Virus record (IMG/VR): IMGVR_UViG_3300013137_000008
DNA length: 34,273 bases
Direction: 5' to 3' (one strand)
DNA from: a virus
Taxonomy: Duplodnaviria; Heunggongvirae; Uroviricota; Caudoviricetes
Under the pieces are notes generated by a model. It saw only the letters and a program-made list of their open reading frames with translations. It ran no database searches and was not told the DNA's origin. Positions 15,806 through 23,350 of the stretch are shown here, one piece after another (within the stretch, counting starts at the first letter, position 1; each line of letters begins with the position of its first letter). Both the position numbers and the translations under genes were made by a program.

Positions 15806-16225
15806 TCACTGGCAACCTCCAACTATATGTGGTTGCGAAACATGTGGTTGCGGAATAGGTCTATGGTCATTAATAACGATGCTTTGACCTTCGGATACTT
15901 CTACTCTAATTGGGGTATCACAGAATTCCCACATGTTAGTGAAACCTCTTTTGACATAGTAATGAGTTGGAATGATTAAATCATTGCCATCTTCTTGATA
16001 GTCTGCAAAGCATATAGGGGAGTTATCAACGTCAATATCATATATTGTCCCAACTGGTATAAAAGCGGGAGCACACCAATAAAAAACACCCCATATAGCA
16101 AGTATCCCTGCCAAAACACTTAACCCAATATATTTACAATCTCCTATAATATTTCTCAAATACAGCACTATCGATACCGCCAATATAATACCTGCGAGTA
16201 CCCACAAAGTAATAGCTAATCCCAT
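15806..16225 (-). CDS. Membrane protein with HYYxKR domain (paralog of 3816..4223)
   Basis: Two TMs followed by PTHYYVKRGFTNMWEFCDTP. Confidence 0.75.
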   Translation of the reverse strand: MGLAITLWVLAGIILAVSIVLYLRNIIGDCKYIGLSVLAGILAIWGVFYWCAPAFIPVGTIYDIDVDNSPICFADYQEDGNDLIIPTHYYVKRGFTNMWEFCDTPIRVEVSEGQSIVINDHRPIPQPHVSQPHIVGGCQ

Positions 16226-16237
16226 ATCATTTCTCCT

Positions 16238-16546
16238 CTACTGTAAATAATATATCGCTCTATTAAACTTAGTCTGATTATCAGTAGGTTCATAAAAATT
16301 GCACGCATCCACGTAGCATTCTTGGTAGATATAATTAGTGATATATATATAGTCTTCATCTTGGGTTGCGTTTTTTGCATAGAACGTAATAAAAGGGCAA
16401 CATATACTTTTAATAGGCTTTACAACATAAGAATACTCATGTACCCTTTCTTTAAGTTTTTCTTGATATTTATAATTTTCTACTACACTACAGGAACTCA
16501 ATATTAAAAAAGACAGGGATAGTAATACAACAATGTTTTTAAACAC
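16238..16546 (-). CDS. Putative lipoprotein
   Basis: MFKNIVVLLSLSFLILSSC lipobox-like start; NAT and NQT sequons. Confidence 0.65.
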   Translation of the reverse strand: MFKNIVVLLSLSFLILSSCSVVENYKYQEKLKERVHEYSYVVKPIKSICCPFITFYAKNATQDEDYIYITNYIYQECYVDACNFYEPTDNQTKFNRAIYYLQ

Positions 16547-17249
16547 TTTTCTGCTCCACGCTTTTATTTATCTCTATCCATTCAGGGTGTTTATTCAGTA
16601 GTTCAAGTACCTGTAGCCATGTAAAATCATCTCGCCTGAAATATCCGTAAATCTTACGCACAAACTCCAAGTCATCTATGGTATCTACCGTCCAGCGAAA
16701 TTGGGATAGATTAACAATATTAGTCAGCGGGAATAGGCTAAACTTGTTTGATAGGTAGATATAAGGCGTGACGTGTTCTCGCCATTTCTTATCTTCTTCA
16801 AATGCCCGTTTTAATGCTCCAAAAGTAAATACTTCCACGTCTAACCCAAGTGGATATGATGGTTCAAGTTTATTACTTACGTAGTCTACTTTATGATAAT
16901 TGAACGTCTCTATAGCAGCATTGATTATCTCAGGCTCTATTAAGGGACAGTCAGCACATATCCTTACGATTACATCTGCATCGTAAACTATTGCAGCCCA
17001 ATAAAATCTATCAAGTACATCCTCCTCATCTCCTCTAAAACATGCCCAACCTTTGATTTGGCAAATACCTGCAATAGCATCATCCATAGAATTACGTGAG
17101 GTAGCGACTACAACTGTATCTACTTTTGAACGTGCCACTCGATTTACGACTCTCTCAAGCATTGTCTTACCACAGATATCTGACAGGACTTTATTCGGTA
17201 GGCGGGTCGCCCCTGTACGTGCCTGGATTATGGCTACGATACGTGTCAT
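16539..17249 (-). CDS. Nonulosonate cytidylyltransferase (SpsF/PseF-like)
   Basis: IIQARTGATRLPNKVL, VVATS, GDEEDVLDRF, RICADCP, PLGLDVE, REHVTPY and RWTVDT. Confidence 0.9.
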   Translation of the reverse strand: MTRIVAIIQARTGATRLPNKVLSDICGKTMLERVVNRVARSKVDTVVVATSRNSMDDAIAGICQIKGWACFRGDEEDVLDRFYWAAIVYDADVIVRICADCPLIEPEIINAAIETFNYHKVDYVSNKLEPSYPLGLDVEVFTFGALKRAFEEDKKWREHVTPYIYLSNKFSLFPLTNIVNLSQFRWTVDTIDDLEFVRKIYGYFRRDDFTWLQVLELLNKHPEWIEINKSVEQKSV

Positions 17250-17459
17250 TTATTTATCCTTGGAGAAAAACTCGTCCCAATATCTAAGAACCACGCCTAC
17301 TATTGCAGCCGCTATCAATGCTACTCCTATCCAAAATAATATGGGTGATAACCACCAAAATAAGCATAGGATGCTGTAACAGATGCCTCCACCTATCCCT
17401 AACGCAACAATAATACCTACTATTGCTAAGATATTATTCCCTAAGTCAGTTTTATCCAT
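17250..17459 (-). CDS. Small two-TM protein
   Basis: 69 aa hydrophobic ORF with GGAG RBS. Confidence 0.7.
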   Translation of the reverse strand: MDKTDLGNNILAIVGIIVALGIGGGICYSILCLFWWLSPILFWIGVALIAAAIVGVVLRYWDEFFSKDK

Positions 17460-17471
17460 ATTGTTCTCCTT

Positions 17472-18215
17472 CTACCATGCCGTCCAACCACCGTCAACTA
17501 CTAAATTATGCCCTGTAATATAAGAGGCTTCATCACTGGCTAAAAATACCACTGGCCCTGCTGCTTCTGAGGGGTTCCCTGTCCTGCCTTTTGGAATTTG
17601 CTCTTCGAGTTTCTGGATGAAATGCCAATCCTTTCTCTGCTCCTCCATTTTGGGAAACGCCCCAAAACTAATACAATTTGTACGTATGTCAGGATAGTGA
17701 CAGGCAAACCATTTTGTAAGAGTGATAATACCACCTTTCCCTGCAAAGTAATACGCAGGGCTTTGTTGAGATTTCTTTGGATAAATATTAGGATGGTCTG
17801 ATATCATGCCGTACATTGAGGCGATATTGATGATCACCCCTTGTTTCATGTAGGGCAGAACTGTCATAGAACAATCATAGACCGTTCCTACTGCCATCTG
17901 TAAGCCTTTGTTGAAATCTTTGTAACCCCAGTTCATGGCATTGTTTACAAGTATATCTATTTTGCTAAACGCTTTATTTACTCGCTTAAAACATGCCGCT
18001 ATGGATTCTTTAGAAGTTACGTTCATCCCTGTGCCTATTGCAAAGGATTTAATATACTTCTCTCTAATTTTTGCTGCGAGTAGCTCACATTTTGCTTCAT
18101 CTCTACTGGCAATTACTATACTTGCTCCTGCCTTAGCCAATCCCTCAGAAATAGCAGAGCCAAGATGACCTGCTCCACCTGTTACGATAGCTACCTTACC
18201 TGAAAGATTGAACAT
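17472..18215 (-). CDS. Classical SDR oxidoreductase (PtmA-like, glycan-locus type)
   Basis: VTGGAGHLG, DILVNNA, IINIASMYG, YFAGK (YxxxK) and YITGHNLVVDGG. Confidence 0.88.
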   Translation of the reverse strand: MFNLSGKVAIVTGGAGHLGSAISEGLAKAGASIVIASRDEAKCELLAAKIREKYIKSFAIGTGMNVTSKESIAACFKRVNKAFSKIDILVNNAMNWGYKDFNKGLQMAVGTVYDCSMTVLPYMKQGVIINIASMYGMISDHPNIYPKKSQQSPAYYFAGKGGIITLTKWFACHYPDIRTNCISFGAFPKMEEQRKDWHFIQKLEEQIPKGRTGNPSEAAGPVVFLASDEASYITGHNLVVDGGWTAW

Positions 18216-18389
18216 TTACTTTCCTCTAAATATATATATCAAATAGAATAACAGTGCACTCGTAGCACTTGTACATAGAATTGCCAAACATACTTCACCA
18301 CTTACCGTTTTAGTAGCAAATAAGATTAACGCTGCCAGTGATAATGTCGCCTGAACTATTATTGGATATACTAGAAACCCTTTGCTCAT
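18216..18389 (-). CDS. 57 aa two-TM protein (not in the ORF track)
   Basis: MSKGFLVYPIIVQATLSLAALILFATKTVSGEVCLAILCTSATSALLFYLIYIFRGK* exactly fills the AKR-SDR gap. Confidence 0.7.
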   Translation of the reverse strand: MSKGFLVYPIIVQATLSLAALILFATKTVSGEVCLAILCTSATSALLFYLIYIFRGK

Positions 18390-18390
18390 C

Positions 18391-19224
18391 TTACCACTTT
18401 CTGGGGTCTATTATTTTCTCAGGAACGTAGCCAAATTCCTTGAGTATGCCATGTCTTAAATCATCAGTCATGGGTGGAGATTTCATAAGTTTGATATTGT
18501 CTAACATTTGAGTTGTGGTTTCTGCCCCAATTACTACACTCGTGACGTTTCCTATGTCTCTTACAAAGGTTACAGCAGCTTCTTTTACTGTTACGCCATG
18601 TTCTTTACATATCTTTTCAAGTTTATCTGTGTACTTTTTCGCTTTGTCTGTGAAGAAAAGCCCCTGCAAATAAACTGAGCGCACAAATACTGTTTTGCCC
18701 TCAAGTTCGCCTAAGTACGGAATGAACCTATGGTCAAAGAGATTGATGGGTATCTGGAACGCAGTTACGTTCTTAAATTTAAGGGCGTATTCAAGTTCTT
18801 TTGTATCGTAAACTGAAACGCCAAGGTTCCTAAAAAACTTCTCTCGTTTCATTGATAGAAGCTCATCATACCAGTTACCCAATTCCATGGCGTTTCTAAC
18901 AAGATAATACTCTATCCCGTTCCCACCTGTATCTAATTCTGACACTACACATTGTAGCCTAACCTTAGCAATATTATCTTTAGTTACCTTAGTTGGTAGA
19001 TTTATCTTGGATATTACCTTGGGCTTATATAGGTAGTCTTTATAAAACTCCCCAATTAGTTTCTCGCTGTTTCCATAATAAGGGGCGGTATCAATACAGT
19101 TTATGCCGTTATCTGTGGCTATCTCCAATATCTTAAAAGCCGTCTCTTTTGATGGTTGGCCTTTGGAGGCTATACCATACTTTTGCCCTAACTGGGCTGT
19201 GCCAAGGGTTAATTTGGATATCAT
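18391..19224 (-). CDS. Aldo/keto reductase (glycan-locus type)
   Basis: LTLGTAQLG..YG, IDTAPYYGNSEKLIG, LGVSVY, QIPINLFD and RSVYLQG. Confidence 0.88.
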   Translation of the reverse strand: MISKLTLGTAQLGQKYGIASKGQPSKETAFKILEIATDNGINCIDTAPYYGNSEKLIGEFYKDYLYKPKVISKINLPTKVTKDNIAKVRLQCVVSELDTGGNGIEYYLVRNAMELGNWYDELLSMKREKFFRNLGVSVYDTKELEYALKFKNVTAFQIPINLFDHRFIPYLGELEGKTVFVRSVYLQGLFFTDKAKKYTDKLEKICKEHGVTVKEAAVTFVRDIGNVTSVVIGAETTTQMLDNIKLMKSPPMTDDLRHGILKEFGYVPEKIIDPRKW

Positions 19225-19227
19225 GGT

Positions 19228-19434
19228 TTAGTCTTTCCTTCTTATAGCCAACCAACTATTTAACCCTACTAAACATACTAACACCCATACAGGGATAAAC
19301 CCCCAACTTGCCCACCAGAGTTCGTATTCTGTTTTAGGTGATGGTTTGTATATACAATAAATCTCATACCCTAATATGAGCAGTTGGATCGCAATCATTG
19401 CGAAGTTTAGCTTAATCTGTGTTAATTTTTTCAT
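19228..19434 (-). CDS. Small two-TM protein
   Basis: Likely ATG 19434 (ATGA overlap); two hydrophobic segments. Confidence 0.65.
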   Translation of the reverse strand: MKKLTQIKLNFAMIAIQLLILGYEIYCIYKPSPKTEYELWWASWGFIPVWVLVCLVGLNSWLAIRRKD

Positions 19435-19808
19435 TTGCATATCACCAAATACCGTGTAATAAACCATATCTGCTTTGAATATACTTTAAACTCATGTTGA
19501 TAGTTGATAAGATATCCTCTGCCGTTGCCGTCAATAAGGGTTACGGTTTCAAACCCGAACCAGCACGGAATGGGTGTATATATGCTTGTTGGGCTAGTTA
19601 TTTCCACATCACCAATCATATATTGGGTATCTTCTGTAATGCCATAGCAATTTTCAATGGTTAGCTTATGTGGATACCCTTCGCCCCTATACTCCCACCC
19701 GTTCAATGTGGGGATAGTAATATTTGCCTCTACCGTTTTTCCTATTACAAAACATAAAGTCAATACTAGAATGAAAAGAATTATACAGAGAATCACGAGT
19801 GATTTCAT
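19431..19808 (-). CDS. Signal-anchored or secreted protein
   Basis: N-terminal hydrophobic segment; NIT sequon; ATGA coupling with pseB. Confidence 0.7.
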   Translation of the reverse strand: MKSLVILCIILFILVLTLCFVIGKTVEANITIPTLNGWEYRGEGYPHKLTIENCYGITEDTQYMIGDVEITSPTSIYTPIPCWFGFETVTLIDGNGRGYLINYQHEFKVYSKQIWFITRYLVICK

Positions 19809-20773
19809 TTATACAACCTCCTCAATTCGTCTTTACTCAGCCAATGTGTATTGTTGTCACTCGTGTACTTAAATCCCTTTGGGAGTGACTTGTACTCAGG
19901 AACGTCTTTGCCCAACCAAAACGGAAACTCTGGCTCAACTACAAAATGAGTTTTGTATTCCCTGGTGTGTCGAGCTTCATCTTCTGTAACGAGAGTTTCG
20001 TTTATCTTCTCACCTGGGCGAACGCCAATTACCTTACGTTTGACCTTGGGGGCTACGGCATCTATTAAATCCATAACTTTCATGGATGGTATCTTGGGAA
20101 CGTATATCTCACCACCTTCCATTGCTTCAAGCGCATCTAAAACTAAATTTACTCCTCTATCAAGTGTAATCCAAAAACGTGTCATGTTTTTATCAGTAAT
20201 GGTTATCAATTTGTTTTCTATCATAAGCGGTAGCAGTTTCAGAATTGAGCCTCTGCTACCTACTACGTTGCCATATCTTACACAGGAAAACTTTGTGCCG
20301 CCTATCCCTGCATAGACATTGGCCTGAGTAATGAGCTTCTCCATGACTAATTTGGTCGCCCCGTAGAGATTTACTGGATTGCAAGCTTTATCACTTGAGA
20401 TTGCTATGACTTTTTCTACTCCACAATCTATTGCTGCGTTGATTACATTGATCGTTCCATTGATATTAGTCTTAACTGCCTCTACTGGATTATACTCTGA
20501 AGTTGGAACCTGTTTTAAGGCAGCGGAGGAAATACAAACATCTGCCCCGTTCATTGCCCGATAGACACGCTCTTTGTCCCTTACGTCTCCAATAAAAAAC
20601 CGTAGCCGTTCATCGTTGAATTTACACGCCATCTCCTGCTGTAGGACTTCACCCCTTGAAAAGATACGCAGTGATTTAGGGTTACAGTCGTCTAATATTT
20701 TACGAGCACACGATTGACCGAAGGAGCCTGTTCCACCAGTTAGTAAGATTACTTTGTTCTTGAGATAGTTCAA
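19805..20773 (-). CDS. pseB: UDP-GlcNAc 4,6-dehydratase (inverting), PseB family
   Basis: LTGGTGSFG, AALKQVPTSEYNP.EAVKTN, STDKA-like SSDKACNPVNLYGATK, VRYGNVVGSRGS, MTRFWITL and GVRPGEK. Confidence 0.93.
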   Translation of the reverse strand: MNYLKNKVILLTGGTGSFGQSCARKILDDCNPKSLRIFSRGEVLQQEMACKFNDERLRFFIGDVRDKERVYRAMNGADVCISSAALKQVPTSEYNPVEAVKTNINGTINVINAAIDCGVEKVIAISSDKACNPVNLYGATKLVMEKLITQANVYAGIGGTKFSCVRYGNVVGSRGSILKLLPLMIENKLITITDKNMTRFWITLDRGVNLVLDALEAMEGGEIYVPKIPSMKVMDLIDAVAPKVKRKVIGVRPGEKINETLVTEDEARHTREYKTHFVVEPEFPFWLGKDVPEYKSLPKGFKYTSDNNTHWLSKDELRRLYK

Positions 20774-21015
20774 TTTTTGTCCTTACTGTCATTACGACTT
20801 GACTTTATTGCGTATACAAAAGAACCTGCAAATATCAAGCATATTCCTACCAAAGCTATCATTAAGAGTGGATACTGTTGTATAGCATTCCAAAACATAT
20901 CCCATACGGGAGGATTGTTAAATAATGTTTGTATCCCCCACACTAATGCTGCTACACATACAATACTAATACCTATACCCATCAATAACTCAGATATATC
21001 CACCTTAATCTTCAT
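20770..21015 (-). CDS. Small two-TM protein
   Basis: 81 aa with two hydrophobic segments. Confidence 0.7.
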   Translation of the reverse strand: MKIKVDISELLMGIGISIVCVAALVWGIQTLFNNPPVWDMFWNAIQQYPLLMIALVGICLIFAGSFVYAIKSSRNDSKDKN

Positions 21016-21023
21016 ACTTGTAT

Positions 21024-21251
21024 CTACCTCACATCAAACAACCAACGATTTTTATACTCACTGCTATCAGATTGCTCATTTCGTGCTACTTCCATGTCCC
21101 TTGCACTCTCAATCATGATTGTGCCATCACCGTTGCATTTGACACAGGTTTCATGTGAGAATACGGACATGTGCGAACTACCCTGCCCATCACATCTAGG
21201 ACATGTCACCATTTCATAACCGTGTTTTGAATATCTCTTTTCTCCATACAT
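21024..21251 (-). CDS. DnaJ-type CxxCxGxG zinc-finger mini-protein
   Basis: CPRCDGQG and CVKCNGDG. Confidence 0.75.
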   Translation of the reverse strand: MYGEKRYSKHGYEMVTCPRCDGQGSSHMSVFSHETCVKCNGDGTIMIESARDMEVARNEQSDSSEYKNRWLFDVR

Positions 21252-21268
21252 GATTCACCTACCTGAGT

Positions 21269-21307
21269 TTTTGTTTTATTATATCACACTTTGTTAGGTA
21301 AAGTCAA
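21269..21307 (-). promoter_or_regulatory. Internal sigma70-type promoter heading the glycan/membrane block (copy A of the 25-bp motif)
   Basis: TTGACT (21307-21302), 18 bp, TG, TATAAT (21283-21278); AGGT RBS-like site before ATG 21251. Confidence 0.75.
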
Positions 21308-21313
21308 CCTATT

Positions 21314-21544
21314 CTATATAGAACCTCTCCAGAACTTATCACGGTTCTTTTTCCCTTGCGTTCTACTGTTGCACTCTTTGCAAAGTAGCGCACCTTTTGA
21401 ATGATGGTAGTTGTAAAGGTAAACCCATCGTCCTTTTTGGCACATAGAACAAATACACCAAATATAGGGATGCCCTGCATACTTGGGACGCCCGATATCT
21501 CTACCGTGTTTTATTTCGCCTTCTTTCACTCTGTTTTTCGACAA
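21314..21544 (-). CDS. Cys-rich mini-protein
   Basis: CSMC...CKEC. Confidence 0.6.
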   Translation of the reverse strand: MSKNRVKEGEIKHGRDIGRPKYAGHPYIWCICSMCQKGRWVYLYNYHHSKGALLCKECNSRTQGKKNRDKFWRGSI

Positions 21545-21714
21545 TTATGAAACTGAAACTTATCTGCAAAATCTCTATACCCGCAGAACTTGCATTCTCT
21601 GATAGGTATGGGCATCTCTTTATCAGGGTCTAAATCTAATAATGGTGTACTTACAACCTTCTCGTAAGAAACGGGTGGTGGAGCAAAATCCGGTTCTTGA
21701 ATTAATCGTTCCAT
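21526..21714 (-). CDS. Cys-containing mini-protein
   Basis: Likely ATG 21714; CKFCG motif. Confidence 0.5.
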   Translation of the reverse strand: MERLIQEPDFAPPPVSYEKVVSTPLLDLDPDKEMPIPIRECKFCGYRDFADKFQFHNCRKTE

Positions 21715-21715
21715 G

Positions 21716-21958
21716 TTAATCCTCTGCCCATACGTATCCGCATTTTTCACATATGGCTTGCCAGTGGTTTGGATAACAACCAGACTTGGTAATTGAACCA
21801 CCACAAAAGCATGGATCAGTGAAATTACTATTGGTTACTCGCTTCTCATAAAAACTATGGTGGCTGTCCATCATGTGTGTAGATTTATCAATCAAGTGTT
21901 CGCTCAAGTCTACACATTCTCCCAATATCTTACCGCAAACTATGCACAATCCTTCCAT
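21716..21958 (-). CDS. Cys/His-rich mini-protein
   Basis: CIVC..H..H, CFC and CEKC. Confidence 0.6.
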   Translation of the reverse strand: MEGLCIVCGKILGECVDLSEHLIDKSTHMMDSHHSFYEKRVTNSNFTDPCFCGGSITKSGCYPNHWQAICEKCGYVWAED

Positions 21959-21959
21959 T

Positions 21960-22271
21960 TTATTTCTCCACCAGTATTCCGTTCTTTCTTACTACCCTCA
22001 ATCCTTTCCTGAGTCTTTGAAAACACGGCTCTATATCTTGCCCATGGTTTTCAAATATCGGATTGCCAGGGGTTGGTTTCCTTGACTCTTTCTCTGGTGA
22101 TGGGGTGATGTTTGAACGGTATAACTCGCCTACTTTCAAGAACATATCGTGGCAGTCTTTTTGGAATCCGCAGTTTTCGCAGGCGTGTTGCTGCTTACGT
22201 TCACAATCATCGAACATCCATACAAATAAGTCGTATTGTGCCTTGGTTAGTTTTATTCTTGTTTCTCCCAT
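21960..22271 (-). CDS. Hypothetical protein with Cys cluster
   Basis: CENCGFQKDC; GAGGTG RBS. Confidence 0.6.
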   Translation of the reverse strand: MGETRIKLTKAQYDLFVWMFDDCERKQQHACENCGFQKDCHDMFLKVGELYRSNITPSPEKESRKPTPGNPIFENHGQDIEPCFQRLRKGLRVVRKNGILVEK

Positions 22272-22275
22272 TTGT

Positions 22276-22437
22276 TCACCTCTTATTTGGGTAATCTCTC
22301 CAATGTCCTTTGATTTTATAGTATTCTACTGAGCACCTGTGGTCACAGAACTTACGTTTGCGGAAGTTGGTGATGTTCTCCATTGGCTTCTGTATTAACT
22401 CTTTTTGGCATTTCTCATGTAGACAATATTTGGTCAT
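22276..22437 (-). CDS. 53 aa Cys-rich mini-protein (not in the ORF track)
   Basis: MTKYCLHEKCQKELIQKPMENITNFRKRKFCDHRCSVEYY...; ATGA coupling. Confidence 0.65.
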   Translation of the reverse strand: MTKYCLHEKCQKELIQKPMENITNFRKRKFCDHRCSVEYYKIKGHWRDYPNKR

Positions 22438-22688
22438 TTGGTATCTCCGTATATCTCTTTGAGTTTAAGTGTATCTTGATACCTAAGCGTCAAGAATACT
22501 CCAAAATCCACACACATTGCGACCAATTGACTATCTGCGTTGTTGGCTGCGGCTATAAGTTGCATTGCTGCATTTGCATGGGGAATCATGCGAACTTGAA
22601 TATGTGTATCGTAGTATTGGCTGTCTTTTACCAGTGAATTGGCTGCCTTTGTTAATAGTTCTTGTGCTTCTATAAGTTTGTTCGTCAT
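22434..22688 (-). CDS. Hypothetical protein
   Basis: 84 aa; TAATG-type coupling. Confidence 0.6.
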   Translation of the reverse strand: MTNKLIEAQELLTKAANSLVKDSQYYDTHIQVRMIPHANAAMQLIAAANNADSQLVAMCVDFGVFLTLRYQDTLKLKEIYGDTK

Positions 22689-22966
22689 TACTTTTCTCCA
22701 ACAATGTAATTAATATTATGTCTCTTGCCATGGCATCGAGTACACAGAACGATACTGTTCTCCAATGTCATTTTCCCACCATGGCTTCTGAATACCCGCT
22801 CGTGGGGGTGCAAACCAGGCCAAAAATCTGGTTCGCCGCACTCTTCGCATCTACCTTGACTTCGCTCATTTAGTTGCTTGCGGATTTCCTTCTCTTCTTT
22901 GATTTGAGCGGCTTTCTTTTTTGAGATAGGATTGATCTTGCTGCGTTTCACCTGTTTAATCTCCAT
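22688..22966 (-). CDS. HNH endonuclease
   Basis: RCEECG...LHPHERVFRSHGG...NSIVLCTRCHGKRH. Confidence 0.8.
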   Translation of the reverse strand: MEIKQVKRSKINPISKKKAAQIKEEKEIRKQLNERSQGRCEECGEPDFWPGLHPHERVFRSHGGKMTLENSIVLCTRCHGKRHNINYIVGEK

Positions 22967-23124
22967 TCATTAATAGCCGCTGCTGATAACCATAGTATTG
23001 AAATCCCTGCCCATACTGTCATAAAAACCCTATCAGGTGGAGATGGGGATAACCATATACCAGCTACCATAGCACCAGCACACAGGAATGATACGGCGTA
23101 TACTATAAAACTAAATACTTTCAT
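22948..23124 (-). CDS. 58 aa two-TM protein, paralog B (not in the ORF track)
   Basis: MKVFSFIVYAVSFLCAGAMVAGIWLSPSPPDRVFMTVWAGISILWLSAAAINEWRLNR*; GGAG RBS. Confidence 0.75.
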   Translation of the reverse strand: MKVFSFIVYAVSFLCAGAMVAGIWLSPSPPDRVFMTVWAGISILWLSAAAINEWRLNR

Positions 23125-23161
23125 TTCTTACTCTCCTCGTTAACTTACCTATAAATTACGC

Positions 23162-23338
23162 CTATTTCTTCAATTTGCGTTCATAGCGGAAAGCTATAAA
23201 CATCCATATTGTTGCTATCCCTACCCACAATGTCATAATAACTCTATCTGGTGGCGTAGGAGATACCCACACAATCACTACCGTGGCGATAGAACACGCC
23301 AACCCTAAAATGAACAGCGCATAACCAAATTTACTCAT
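23162..23338 (-). CDS. 58 aa two-TM protein, paralog A (not in the ORF track)
   Basis: MSKFGYALFILGLACSIATVVIVWVSPTPPDRVIMTLWVGIATIWMFIAFRYERKLKK*; GGAG RBS. Confidence 0.75.
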   Translation of the reverse strand: MSKFGYALFILGLACSIATVVIVWVSPTPPDRVIMTLWVGIATIWMFIAFRYERKLKK

Positions 23339-23350
23339 CTTTGTCTCCTA

